Assembly: GCF_964059055.1 (NCBI RefSeq)
Contig: NZ_OZ060386.1
Span: 1-32,000 of the forward strand
Direction of reading: 5' to 3'
DNA from: Buchnera aphidicola (Neophyllaphis podocarpi)
GTDB lineage: Bacteria; Pseudomonadota; Gammaproteobacteria; Enterobacterales; Enterobacteriaceae
Length of the DNA stretch: 32,000 nt
Shown: positions 1 to 14,940 of the stretch, one piece after another
Position numbering within the stretch: the stretch's first letter is position 1
Layout: every line of letters begins with the position of its first letter
The notes under the pieces: model-generated
Database searches by the model: none
The model's input: only the letters and a program-made list of their open reading frames with translations
What the model was told of the DNA's origin: nothing
Position numbers and translations under genes: made by a program

Positions 1-9
1 TTATACACA
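1..9 (+). promoter_or_regulatory. DnaA box TTATACACA (matches TTATNCACA)
   Basis: Read directly from the sequence; 9/9 match to the degenerate consensus. It sits at the window edge, so upstream context is not visible. Confidence 0.45.
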
Positions 10-55
10 ATTTAATTAACATCTTAAGTATCTGTATTTTCGATACTTTTTTGAC

Positions 56-64
56 TTATCCACA
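56..64 (+). promoter_or_regulatory. DnaA box TTATCCACA (perfect high-affinity consensus)
   Basis: Exact TTATCCACA. The 9-mer contains 3 C residues in an otherwise almost pure A/T spacer, about 175 bp upstream of mnmG. Confidence 0.6.
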
Positions 65-239
65 TATTTTTTTTTGATAATAATAACATTTTTATTATAT
101 AATTTAATATATAATTAACTAATAAAACACTTTACTTATTATTTTAATTATGTTTTATTATTTAACTAAATATTCTTTTAACTAAATACAATATGTTTAT
201 ATGTTGCATTAATAATTTTGAGGAATATGTAAAATTAAT

Positions 240-2123
240 ATGTTGTTTTCGGAATTTTTTGATGTAATTGTTGTTGGGGGCGGTCATGCAGGAATAGAAG
301 CTTCCATTGCATCAGCTAAAATGAGTAATAAAGTTTTATTGTTAACTCAAAAAATAGATAATCTAGGACAACTATCATGTAATCCAGCTATAGGAGGTAT
401 TGGTAAAAGTCAATTAGTTAAAGAAATAGATGCTTTTGATGGCACTATGGCTTTAATAGCTGATAAGTCTGGTATTCAGTTTAGAATATTAAACTCTAGC
501 AAAGGTCCTGCTGTTAGATCTACAAGGGCTCAAGTTGATAGGTTATTATATAAAAAAAATGTTTTAAAAATTTTTAAAAATTTTTCTAATATTACAATCT
601 TAGAACAAGAAGTTACAGATTTACTAATTGATAAAGATGTTATAATAGGAGTTGAAACTAACTTTGGTATTAAGTATAAAAGTAAATCCGTTATTATTTC
701 TACTGGTACTTTTTTAGGTGGTAAGGTTTTTATAGGATTAAAAAGTTATACATTAGGAAGATTTGGGGATTCTTCTTCTGTAATTCTATCTAATAAACTA
801 CGAGAATTACCTTTTAGAATAGGAAGATTAAAAACAGGAACTCCTCCACGTATTGATTTACGTAGTATTAATTTTGATGAATTATCTATTCAACATAGTG
901 ATAAGCCTTTACCTGTTTTTTCTTTTATAGGTAAAGAGTCTGATCATCCTTCTCAATTACCTTGCTTTATAACTCAAACAAATGAGTTTACTCACGATAT
1001 AGTTAGATCTGATTTATCAAATAGTCCTATGTTTATGGGTTTAATTCAAAGTGAAAGTCCAAGATACTGTCCTTCAATTGAAGACAAAATTATACGTTTT
1101 TCCGATAAAAAATCTCATCAAGTATTTTTAGAACCTGAAGGTTTATCAAGTATAGAAATATATCCTAATGGAATTTCAACTAGTTTACCTTTTGAAACTC
1201 AAGTTAAAATTATAAGATCTATCAAAGGTTTAGAAAATGCTAAAATTATTAAACCTGGATATGCTGTTGAATATGATTTTTTTGATCCTAGGGATTTAAA
1301 ATTAACTTTAGAAAGTAAATTTATTCAGGGTTTATTTTTTGCTGGTCAAATTAATGGAACAACAGGATATGAAGAAGCTGCTGCTCAAGGTTTATTATCT
1401 GGTATTAATGCATCTTTATATTCTAAGGATTTAGAAGGATGGTATCCTAAAAGAAGTGAAGGTTACATTGGAGTTTTAATTGATGACTTATGTACTCAAG
1501 GTATTAAAGAACCTTACAGAATGTTTACCTCTAGATCTGAGTATAGGTTATTATTAAGAGAAGATAATGCAGATATTCGTTTTACTGAAATAGCTAAAAA
1601 ATTTAATTTAATTAGTGATATTAGATGGCGTCTTTATAATGAAAAGATTGAAAATATTTATTTAGAGAAACAACGATTAAATAATTTGATATTACATCCT
1701 TATTCTAAAAATTCCAATTTGTTAAATGATATTCTAAAAATTAAAATTAGTAAATCTACTAATGGTTTATCTTTATTAAGTAGACCAGAATTGAATTATA
1801 AAATTCTTACATCTTTCAATTTTTTTGCTCCAGGAATTAATGATAAACAAGCTTACGAACAAATTGAAATAGATTGTAAATATTCAGGTTATATAAAAAG
1901 ACAAGAGAAAGAAATTAATAAATATATAAATAATGAAAATATTTACTTGCCTACTAATTTCGATTATTCTAGTATAAACAGTTTATCTAAAGAAGTTATT
2001 CATAAGCTTAATAAATATCATCCTATTACTTTAGGTCAAGCATCTCGTATTTCAGGGATTACTCCTGCGGCTATTTCAATATTGTTAATTTATTTTAAGA
2101 AAAAATACTTTAGAAAAAATTAA
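240..2123 (+). CDS. mnmG: tRNA uridine 5-carboxymethylaminomethyl modification enzyme MnmG (GidA)
   Basis: 627 aa, colinear with E. coli MnmG (629 aa). Shared motifs: [15 protein letters not shown]-binding N-terminus, [65 protein letters not shown]. Confidence 0.97.
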   Translation: MLFSEFFDVIVVGGGHAGIEASIASAKMSNKVLLLTQKIDNLGQLSCNPAIGGIGKSQLVKEIDAFDGTMALIADKSGIQFRILNSSKGPAVRSTRAQVDRLLYKKNVLKIFKNFSNITILEQEVTDLLIDKDVIIGVETNFGIKYKSKSVIISTGTFLGGKVFIGLKSYTLGRFGDSSSVILSNKLRELPFRIGRLKTGTPPRIDLRSINFDELSIQHSDKPLPVFSFIGKESDHPSQLPCFITQTNEFTHDIVRSDLSNSPMFMGLIQSESPRYCPSIEDKIIRFSDKKSHQVFLEPEGLSSIEIYPNGISTSLPFETQVKIIRSIKGLENAKIIKPGYAVEYDFFDPRDLKLTLESKFIQGLFFAGQINGTTGYEEAAAQGLLSGINASLYSKDLEGWYPKRSEGYIGVLIDDLCTQGIKEPYRMFTSRSEYRLLLREDNADIRFTEIAKKFNLISDIRWRLYNEKIENIYLEKQRLNNLILHPYSKNSNLLNDILKIKISKSTNGLSLLSRPELNYKILTSFNFFAPGINDKQAYEQIEIDCKYSGYIKRQEKEINKYINNENIYLPTNFDYSSINSLSKEVIHKLNKYHPITLGQASRISGITPAAISILLIYFKKKYFRKN

Positions 2124-2188
2124 TTTTTATATTTTATTTTCTTTATTTCATTTTATATTTAAACTTAATTTAATAATCTCTAATTTAA

Positions 2189-3043
<855 letters not shown>

Positions 3044-3088
3044 TTTTTAAAAACTTATTTATATTAATTTAAATATTTTGGAGATTAA

Positions 3089-3328
<240 letters not shown>

Positions 3329-3369
3329 TAATATATTTTATATTTTATATCATATAATATTTTTAATTT

Positions 3370-3405
3370 ATTTCTTAGGTTATTACAATAACCTAAGAAA
3401 TTTTA
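3370..3405 (+). terminator. Intra-operon stem-loop between atpE and atpF: 15-bp perfect inverted repeat followed by TTTT
   Basis: ATTTCTTAGGTTATT (3370-3384) is the exact reverse complement of AATAACCTAAGAAAT (3387-3401). TTTT follows at 3402-3405. It lies in the 98-bp atpE-atpF spacer. Confidence 0.45.
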
Positions 3406-3426
3406 ATTCAAAAGGAAATAAAATTT

Positions 3427-3900
3427 GTGAATCTTAACTCAACTATTATTGGTCAATTGATATCTTTTATTTTTTTTGTATTTTTTTGCATGAAATATTT
3501 ATGGCCTAAATTAATTAGTATAATAGAAAGCAGAAAAATTCAAATTGAAAATGATTTATTATTTATAGAAAATTCTAAAATAGAAATTAATAAAAAAATA
3601 AAAATTTCAATGAAAGAAATAGAGAAATCTAAAAAGAGAGCTTTTGAAATTATTGAAAATGCTAAAATTCAAAGTTCTTATATATTAGAAAAAGCTATAT
3701 CAAAAGCTGAAGATGAAAAAAATAAAATTATCAATAAATCTTATGATGAAATAGAACATCAAAAAAAAATAGCATTTCAAGAATTAAATAAAAAAATCTC
3801 TATTTTAGCTATATCTATTTCTAAAAAAGCTATAGAAAGTTCTTTTATTAAGTATAATATAAATGATAATATGATTAATAAAATTATTTCTGATTTGTGA
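3427..3900 (+). CDS. atpF: F0F1 ATP synthase subunit b
   Basis: 157 aa with a GTG start, as in E. coli. N-terminus [27 protein letters not shown] matches E. coli [27 protein letters not shown]. AGGA lies about 10 nt upstream. Confidence 0.93.
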   Translation: MNLNSTIIGQLISFIFFVFFCMKYLWPKLISIIESRKIQIENDLLFIENSKIEINKKIKISMKEIEKSKKRAFEIIENAKIQSSYILEKAISKAEDEKNKIINKSYDEIEHQKKIAFQELNKKISILAISISKKAIESSFIKYNINDNMINKIISDL

Positions 3901-3917
3901 TATTTAAGGATTTAAAA

Positions 3918-4457
3918 TTGAATTTTAAACGTATAAATATTTCTTATCCTTATGCTAAAGCTGCATTTAATTATTCTGTGAATAATAATTGTCTTGAACA
4001 ATGGAAAGAAATGTTGAGTTTTTCTAGTCAAATACTTAATGATAATTATATCCAAAATTTATTTCTTAATTCTATATATTCTCATAAAAATATGGCATCT
4101 ATTTTATTATTAATTTTAGATAATAAAGTTGATAAATTTTTTAAAAATTTTATAAGATTGATAGGTATTCATAATCGTATATTAATTATAAATTTTATAT
4201 TTAAAGAATTTATGATTCTTTATTATAAATATAATAATATATTAAATGTTACACTTACTTCTTGTGTTCTATTAAATAACAATGAATTAAATATTATTAA
4301 ACAAAAACTAGAAAATAAATTATCTAAAAAAATTAATATATTAAATATTATTGATAAATCTATATTAGGGGGAATAATATTGCAATTTAATGATACAGTT
4401 TTTGATTTTAGTATAAGAAATAATTTAAAGCTGTTATCTGATTTTTTGCAATGTTAA
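3918..4457 (+). CDS. atpH: F0F1 ATP synthase subunit delta (start uncertain: TTG 3918 preferred, GTG 3897 possible)
   Basis: YPYAKAAF near the N-terminus and a C-terminal GG(I/V)I...D.S(I/V)R motif are colinear with E. coli delta (177 aa). TTG at 3918 is preceded by AAGGA (3906-3910) and gives 179 aa. GTG at 3897 overlaps the atpF stop and has no SD. Confidence 0.85.
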   Translation: MNFKRINISYPYAKAAFNYSVNNNCLEQWKEMLSFSSQILNDNYIQNLFLNSIYSHKNMASILLLILDNKVDKFFKNFIRLIGIHNRILIINFIFKEFMILYYKYNNILNVTLTSCVLLNNNELNIIKQKLENKLSKKINILNIIDKSILGGIILQFNDTVFDFSIRNNLKLLSDFLQC

Positions 4458-4468
4458 TTATATAAGAT

Positions 4469-6022
4469 ATGGAATTAAATTCTCTAGAGATTAGTAATCT
4501 TATTCAAGAAAGAATAGCTAAATTTAATATCTTGAGCAGCAAATTTAACAAAGGTACTATTGTATCAGTACGCGATGGAATTATAAATATCTATGGACTT
4601 TCTGATGTAATGCAAGGAGAAATGATATTAATTCCTGATGTTAACATTTATGCTATAGCTTTAAATTTAGAAAAGAATTCTGTTGGTGCTATTGTTATGG
4701 GTCCATATATTGATTTAGTTGAAGGTATGTCCGCTCAATGTACTGGAAAAATACTTGAAGTTCCTGTAGGAAATGATTTATTAGGTCGTGTAGTAAATTC
4801 GTTAGGAGATCCTATAGATGGAAAAGAAAGTATCAAACATCAATATTTTTATCCTGTAGAAGCTGAAGCTCCAGGAGTAATTGATCGTGAATCTGTAAAT
4901 GAACCCTTACAAACTGGTTATAAATCTATTGATTCTATGATTCCTATAGGAAGAGGTCAGCGTGAATTAATTATAGGTGATAGACAGACTGGTAAAACTT
5001 CTATAGCCATAGATACAATAATTAATCAAAAATATTTTGGTGTAAAATGTATATATGTTGCTATAGGACAAAAATCATCTACTATTTCTGGTATTGTTAA
5101 AAAATTGGAAGATAATGATGCATTAAAATATACTATAGTAGTTACTGCTTTTGCTTCGGAATCTGCATCTTTACAATATTTAGCTCCTTATTCTGGATGT
5201 GCAATGGGAGAATATTTTCGTAATAAAGGAGAAGATGCTCTTATAATATATGATGATTTATCTAAACATGCAATTGCTTATCGTCAAATTTCTTTATTAT
5301 TAAAAAGACCTCCGGGAAGAGAAGCGTACCCTGGTGATATATTTTACTTACACTCTAGATTACTTGAAAGATCTTCTAAAGTTAATTTAAATTTTATAAA
5401 AAAAAATAATAAAAATAAAAAACTTAAATTTAAGAATGGATCTTTAACAGCTTTACCTATTATTGAAACTCAATCAGGAGATGTATCTGCTTTTGTTCCT
5501 ACTAATGTAATATCTATAACTGATGGTCAGATATTCTTAGAATCTAGTTTATTTAATTCAGGTGTTCGTCCTGCTATAAATCCTGGTATATCAGTATCTA
5601 GGGTAGGAGGATCTGCTCAAAAAGATATAATAAAAAAAATATCTAGCGGTATAAGAACATCTTTAGCTCAGTATCGTGAGTTAGCTGCATTCTCTCAGTT
5701 TGCTTCAGATTTAGATGATATTACACATAAACAATTAGTTTATGGTAGAAAATTAACAGAAATATTAAAACAGAATCAATATTCACCTTTATCTATTGCA
5801 GATCAATCTTTAATTTTATTTGCTGCAGAAAAAGGCTTTTTAAATGATATTCATTTAGATGATCTTTTTTCTTTTGAATCAAATATTTTAATATTTGCTC
5901 ATCAAAATTATAAAGTTTTAATGGATAAAATTAATAAATCAGGAGAATATACAAAATTTATAAAAGATTCACTAATTAAATTAATTAAAGATTTTAAATC
6001 GAATTTTATTAATAAAAATTAG
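4469..6022 (+). CDS. atpA: F0F1 ATP synthase subunit alpha
   Basis: 517 aa. Walker A GDRQTGKT, plus [44 protein letters not shown] and ITDGQIFLE. Confidence 0.97.
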   Translation: MELNSLEISNLIQERIAKFNILSSKFNKGTIVSVRDGIINIYGLSDVMQGEMILIPDVNIYAIALNLEKNSVGAIVMGPYIDLVEGMSAQCTGKILEVPVGNDLLGRVVNSLGDPIDGKESIKHQYFYPVEAEAPGVIDRESVNEPLQTGYKSIDSMIPIGRGQRELIIGDRQTGKTSIAIDTIINQKYFGVKCIYVAIGQKSSTISGIVKKLEDNDALKYTIVVTAFASESASLQYLAPYSGCAMGEYFRNKGEDALIIYDDLSKHAIAYRQISLLLKRPPGREAYPGDIFYLHSRLLERSSKVNLNFIKKNNKNKKLKFKNGSLTALPIIETQSGDVSAFVPTNVISITDGQIFLESSLFNSGVRPAINPGISVSRVGGSAQKDIIKKISSGIRTSLAQYRELAAFSQFASDLDDITHKQLVYGRKLTEILKQNQYSPLSIADQSLILFAAEKGFLNDIHLDDLFSFESNILIFAHQNYKVLMDKINKSGEYTKFIKDSLIKLIKDFKSNFINKN

Positions 6023-6064
6023 TAACTTAAAAATAAATAAAACTATTTAGGTAATGTAATTAAA

Positions 6065-8357
<2,293 letters not shown>

Positions 8358-8389
8358 TTTTTAAATACTTTTTTAGGATTTATACTATT

Positions 8390-8821
8390 ATGAGTTTTTA
8401 TTTAAATGTTTTATCTATAAAATCTAATTTTTTTTCTGGGATAGTAAAAAAAATTCATATTTCTAGTACAGAAGGAGAATTAGGTATTTATCCAAATCAT
8501 TCTCCTTTATTAACTTTAATCAAACCATGTAAATTATATATTTTGGACAAAAATAATATAGAAGAGTATATTTATATATCAGGAGGTATATTAGAAGTTC
8601 AACCTAAAAATGTTTCAATTTTAGCTGATAAAGCAATTAAAGGAATTGATTTAAATTATAAAAAAATTATTCTTTTAAAAAATAAATTTCAAAATATTAT
8701 TAAAAAATCTTCTAAAATTGATAAAAATTTTTTAGCTAATTCTTTAACTTTATTAAAAATTAAAATACAACTTAAGGTTATAGAACTGACTAAAAATATT
8801 CAATCAAATAATAAATTTTAA
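8390..8821 (+). CDS. atpC: F0F1 ATP synthase subunit epsilon
   Basis: 143 aa. GELGIYPNHSPLLT.IKP and SGGILEVQP..V.ILAD.AI are colinear with E. coli epsilon. Confidence 0.93.
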   Translation: MSFYLNVLSIKSNFFSGIVKKIHISSTEGELGIYPNHSPLLTLIKPCKLYILDKNNIEEYIYISGGILEVQPKNVSILADKAIKGIDLNYKKIILLKNKFQNIIKKSSKIDKNFLANSLTLLKIKIQLKVIELTKNIQSNNKF

Positions 8822-8848
8822 TAAAATATTTATAATCCATTTTTATAG

Positions 8849-8889
8849 AATATGTTATAAATATTTTTAATAAATATTTATAACATATT
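8849..8889. terminator. Bidirectional terminator-like hairpin between convergent atpC and gyrB (18-bp perfect stem, 5-nt loop)
   Basis: AATATGTTATAAATATTT (8849-8866) is the exact reverse complement of AAATATTTATAACATATT (8872-8889), with loop TTAAT. It lies 28 nt after the atpC stop and 10 nt after the gyrB stop. The stem is almost all A/T. Confidence 0.55.
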
Positions 8890-8898
8890 GTAATATTT

Positions 8899-11322
<2,424 letters not shown>

Positions 11323-11382
11323 TTATGGTATTAATTTTTAGATGATATTTCTCTAATTTTTTATTTAATTATTTTCTAAAAA

Positions 11383-12489
11383 TTATAAATTTAAGGGCAT
11401 GATTAGGTGCATATTTGCATTATTATTTATTTCTTTTATGTAGATACTAGATTTAGAATCTGTAAAACTAAAACTTATTTCTTTAGATTTAGTACTATTT
11501 AATATGTCTAAAATATAATTTACATTAATCGCAATTTCAGTATTTTTTCCCATATAATTTATATATAGTTTCTCTTTCATTTCTTCTTGAAGGTTATTTT
11601 TTGCAAAAATTATTATTTTTCCTTTTTGTATATTTAATCTAATACCGCAAAATTTTTCGTTAGCTAAAATAGAAGATCTTTTTAAAGATTCTTTAAATTT
11701 ATTATTATTTATATTAAAAGTGTTTTCTTTTTTATGAGATATAATTTTTTCGTATTTAGGGAATAAACCTTCAATTAATTTTGTATTAAATATTGTGTCT
11801 TCTACTTCTACTCTTAAATTATTTTCATTAATTAAAATAGTTAAATCCTCATTTTTATTTTCAATTATTTTTTCTAGTTCTAATATCCCAATTCTAGGTA
11901 TTATTATTGAATGATTAATGTAAGATTTTTTTATTTTCATACAACATTTTGATAAACGATGTCCGTCTGTAGCTATAATTATGATTTTATCAAACTTTAT
12001 TTCTAGCAACACTCCATTTAAGTAATTACGTACATCATTATTAGCCATAGAAAATTTCACTGATTTAATCATATTTTTTATTTTTTTTTGAGATATACAA
12101 AATTTAATTTTTTCTTTCCAATTTTTTATATTTGGAAAATTATTTACAGGAAGAGTTAAAATATTAAAATTACTTAAATTATTATTTGTTTTGATAGAGA
12201 TTTTATTTTTATTTAATTCAATATTTATTATTTCATTTTCATTTATATTATTACATATACTTAAAATTTTATTTGCAGATATAGTTGTTGAACCATTTTT
12301 ATATGGAGGTCTGATTGTTGTTTTTACAATAATTTCTACTAATAAATCTGTACTAATTAATTTTAGAATTCCATTACTGATTTCTATTAATAAATTAGAC
12401 AATATAGGATATATACAGTTTTTTTTTATTATTGATGCGACTTTTTGTAATGGTTTTATTAAATCTATATTTTTTATGCTGAATTTCAT
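11383..12489 (-). CDS. dnaN: DNA polymerase III beta sliding clamp
   Basis: 368 aa versus 366 in E. coli. MKF.I....L.KPLQ.V, ATDGHRL and a C-terminal MP(M/L)(R/N)L-type end. It sits immediately downstream of dnaA with a 3-nt gap, the classical dnaA-dnaN arrangement. Confidence 0.93.
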   Translation of the reverse strand: MKFSIKNIDLIKPLQKVASIIKKNCIYPILSNLLIEISNGILKLISTDLLVEIIVKTTIRPPYKNGSTTISANKILSICNNINENEIINIELNKNKISIKTNNNLSNFNILTLPVNNFPNIKNWKEKIKFCISQKKIKNMIKSVKFSMANNDVRNYLNGVLLEIKFDKIIIIATDGHRLSKCCMKIKKSYINHSIIIPRIGILELEKIIENKNEDLTILINENNLRVEVEDTIFNTKLIEGLFPKYEKIISHKKENTFNINNNKFKESLKRSSILANEKFCGIRLNIQKGKIIIFAKNNLQEEMKEKLYINYMGKNTEIAINVNYILDILNSTKSKEISFSFTDSKSSIYIKEINNNANMHLIMPLNL

Positions 12490-12492
12490 ATT

Positions 12493-13854
12493 TTATGATA
12501 GTCTATTTATTAAATTTGAGAAATCTTTTTTAATATTATAATATTTTTTACATAGTTGTTCTACTTTTCTACATGCATGTAATACTGTTGTGTGATCTTT
12601 ACCTCCAAAAGCATTACCTATTTCTGATAAGCTATGATTTGTTAATTTTTTTATTATAGTCATAGCTATTTGTCTTGGTCTTACAATTATTTTTTTTCTG
12701 TTTCTTGATATTAAATCTGAAAATTTTATTTTATAGTAATTTGCAACTATTTTTTGAATTTTATAAATAGTAATGTTTTTTTGTTTCAATATTAATATAT
12801 CTTTTAGTGATTCATTTGCTAGCTCTAAATTTATAATTTTATTGTTTATGCTAGAATTTGCTATAATTTTGTTTAATGCTCCTTCTAATTCCCTTACATT
12901 AACATTTAAATTTTTTGCTATAAAACAAGCAACTTCATATGTTAACAATATATTTTTTTCACTTGCTTTTTTTATTAGAATAGCTATTCTTGTTTCTAGT
13001 TCAGGTTGATCAATAGATATAGTTAATCCCCAGCTTAATCTAGATTTTAACCTATCTTCTACTCCTATAATTTCTTTTGGGTATCTATCACAAGTAATAA
13101 TTATTTGTTGATTTTTTTCTAATAAAGAATTAAAAGTATGAAATAATTCTTCTTGAGAACGTTCTTTGTTTGCAAAAAATTGAATATCATCTATTAAAAA
13201 AGCATCTACTGAACGATAATATTTTTTAAATTTTTCAATTAAATTGTTTTTTAATGCTTTTACCATATTTTGTACGAATTTTTCAGAATGCATATATATA
13301 ACTTTTGCATTATATTTATTTTGTGTTATTTGATTTACAATTGCGTGTAGTAAATGAGTTTTTCCTAGCCCTGTTTTACTGTATAAAAATAAGGGATTAT
13401 AATATTTACCAAGATTTTTTGCTACTTTGATTGCTGCTTTTTTTGCTAATTTATTTGATTTACCTTCTACAAAATTATTAAAATTATTTTTTTTATTAAT
13501 TTTGGAATTATAAAATATTTTTTTTATAGATTTTTTATCTTTCCATGTAGGAATAATTTTTTTTATTTTATATTTTGATCTTATTGATGTTTTAATAGAT
13601 AAAGAAATTGATTTACTTAAAATTTTAAGCTTTATTTTAAGTTTATTTTTTCCGCAAAAATTATTTAATATTTTTTTTAAATTATTTAAATATTTATCCT
13701 TAACCCAATCTAATACAAATTTATTTGGTGCATATAGTACAAGAATTTTATCTTGTAACTTAGCTTTTAGTGGACGTATCCACATACTAAATTCTGTGGT
13801 TTTTAATTCATTTTGTAATTGAATAAGACATTGTTTCCAAAGTGAAAGTGACAA
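12493..13854 (-). CDS. dnaA: Chromosomal replication initiator protein DnaA
   Basis: 453 aa. N-terminus [29 protein letters not shown] is nearly identical to E. coli [29 protein letters not shown]. Walker [20 protein letters not shown], and a C-terminal DNA-binding region ending [14 protein letters not shown]. Confidence 0.96.
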   Translation of the reverse strand: MSLSLWKQCLIQLQNELKTTEFSMWIRPLKAKLQDKILVLYAPNKFVLDWVKDKYLNNLKKILNNFCGKNKLKIKLKILSKSISLSIKTSIRSKYKIKKIIPTWKDKKSIKKIFYNSKINKKNNFNNFVEGKSNKLAKKAAIKVAKNLGKYYNPLFLYSKTGLGKTHLLHAIVNQITQNKYNAKVIYMHSEKFVQNMVKALKNNLIEKFKKYYRSVDAFLIDDIQFFANKERSQEELFHTFNSLLEKNQQIIITCDRYPKEIIGVEDRLKSRLSWGLTISIDQPELETRIAILIKKASEKNILLTYEVACFIAKNLNVNVRELEGALNKIIANSSINNKIINLELANESLKDILILKQKNITIYKIQKIVANYYKIKFSDLISRNRKKIIVRPRQIAMTIIKKLTNHSLSEIGNAFGGKDHTTVLHACRKVEQLCKKYYNIKKDFSNLINRLS

Positions 13855-13939
13855 CTTTTTACTCCACTAAAATCAAATTCTTAATATTTATTTAAATATT
13901 TATTTATTTTTAATTAATTTTATTTATATAATATCAAAT

Positions 13940-13951
13940 ATTTTATGCTAA
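13940..13951 (-). promoter_or_regulatory. TTAGCATAAAAT motif copy facing dnaA (candidate promoter -10 region or shared regulator site)
   Basis: The reverse complement of 13940-13951 is TTAGCATAAAAT, identical to the plus-strand copy at 14047-14058. It lies within a 13-bp tandem repeat (TTTATGCTAAGAA at 13942-13954 and 13957-13969), 86 nt upstream of the dnaA ATG. Confidence 0.25.
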
Positions 13952-14046
13952 GAATCTTTATGCTAAGAAGGTGAGTCATTTATTTTAATAATTTTATACT
14001 TAAATTAATATAAATTTTCTTTTTTTTCTCTTTTTAATTTATATTT

Positions 14047-14058
14047 TTAGCATAAAAT
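14047..14058 (+). promoter_or_regulatory. TTAGCATAAAAT motif copy facing rpmH (candidate promoter -10 region or shared regulator site)
   Basis: Exact 12-mer shared with the minus-strand copy at 13940-13951. TAAAAT resembles a sigma-70 -10 hexamer. It lies 122 nt upstream of the rpmH ATG. Confidence 0.25.
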
Positions 14059-14179
14059 TATGATTTTAAATTAAATAGAAGTTGATTGATTATACATAAT
14101 TGCATTATACTAATATAATACTATATCTTATAAATTTTAAAAATATCTTTAGTAATATAAAATTATAGGTAAATATAAC

Positions 14180-14323
14180 ATGAAAAGAACTTTTCAACCT
14201 TCTGTATTAAAACGTAAAAGAGATCATGGTTTTCGTATGAGAATGTCTACAAAAAATGGAAGAAATATTTTATCTAGACGTCGTTCTAAAAATAGACAGC
14301 GCTTAACTGTTTCTTCAAAATAA
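14180..14323 (+). CDS. rpmH: 50S ribosomal protein L34 (absent from the supplied ORF track, found by eye)
   Basis: Translates to [47 protein letters not shown] (47 aa). It closely matches E. coli L34, [46 protein letters not shown]. Its position upstream of rnpA is canonical. Confidence 0.95.
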   Translation: MKRTFQPSVLKRKRDHGFRMRMSTKNGRNILSRRRSKNRQRLTVSSK

Positions 14324-14335
14324 TTTTTTAAAAAT

Positions 14336-14698
14336 ATGAACAAAAATTATTTTTTTTCTAAAAAATTACGTTTATTAAATTATGTTGATATTAATAAAGT
14401 TTATAAGAATCATTTTTTTTTTAGAATAAAAGCATTTCAAATGATAATTTTAAGTCGTTTAAGTTACTTAGAATATCCTCGATTATGTATTAATATTTCA
14501 AAAAAATATATTAAATTATCTTGTGATCGTAATAGGATAAAAAGATTAGTACGTGAAAGTTTTAGAAAACTGCAATATGATTTAATAAAAATGGATTATA
14601 TAATACTTTTTACTAGTAATATTTCTAATATAAGTAATATAATCTTAAATAGAAATTTGGGGAATTTATGGAATTATTATGTATTTCCAAATTATTAA
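14336..14698 (+). CDS. rnpA: RNase P protein component
   Basis: 120 aa versus 119 in E. coli. It has the conserved RNR motif region, RNRIKRLVRESFR, compared with E. coli ERNRIKRLTRESFR. Confidence 0.9.
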   Translation: MNKNYFFSKKLRLLNYVDINKVYKNHFFFRIKAFQMIILSRLSYLEYPRLCINISKKYIKLSCDRNRIKRLVRESFRKLQYDLIKMDYIILFTSNISNISNIILNRNLGNLWNYYVFPNY

Positions 14699-14940
14699 TT
14701 CTTTTTATTCGTATGTATCAAAATTTAATTAATCCTTTTATGATTTCGTGTTGTAGATTTAACCCTTCTTGTTCATCTTACGCGATACAAATGTTAGTTA
14801 GATTTAACTTATGTAAAGCTTTATTCTTAATAATAATACGAATATTTAAATGTAATCCTCTATCTTCAGGAGATTATAATATAATATTAAATAATAATAG
14901 TAAAACATCAGACATTGATGATAGCAGAGAATTAAAATAA
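14668..14940 (+). CDS. yidD: Membrane protein insertion efficiency factor YidD
   Basis: 90 aa. L.LFIRMYQNLINPF....CRFNPSCSSYAIQ and KCNPL parallel E. coli YidD ([29 protein letters not shown]...KCHPL). It overlaps rnpA by 31 nt and yidC by 1 nt (TAATG). Confidence 0.85.
   Translation: MELLCISKLLILFIRMYQNLINPFMISCCRFNPSCSSYAIQMLVRFNLCKALFLIIIRIFKCNPLSSGDYNIILNNNSKTSDIDDSRELK

Larger units (their letters stand above)
1..239. other. oriC: Putative oriC / origin-proximal non-coding region upstream of mnmG (probably extends left of the window)
   Basis: No ORF in 239 bp. It carries two 9-mers matching the DnaA box consensus TTATNCACA (1-9 and 56-64) and long AT-only stretches (about 65-180) that could act as an unwinding element. 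In E. coli oriC lies next to gidA/mnmG. Confidence 0.5.

Noticed and set aside
12191-13009. Plus-strand ORFs of 116 aa (12191-12541) and 78 aa (12773-13009) antisense to dnaN/dnaA
   Set aside because: They are shadow ORFs of AT-rich genes, Phe/Ile/Leu-rich, with no start context or homology signal.
14090-14098. DnaA-box-like TTATACATA in the dnaA-rpmH spacer
   Set aside because: It is only an 8/9 match, with a mismatch at a conserved C. All-but-one matches built from A/T are expected by chance at this composition. I kept it as a note inside the spacer finding and did not call it a feature.
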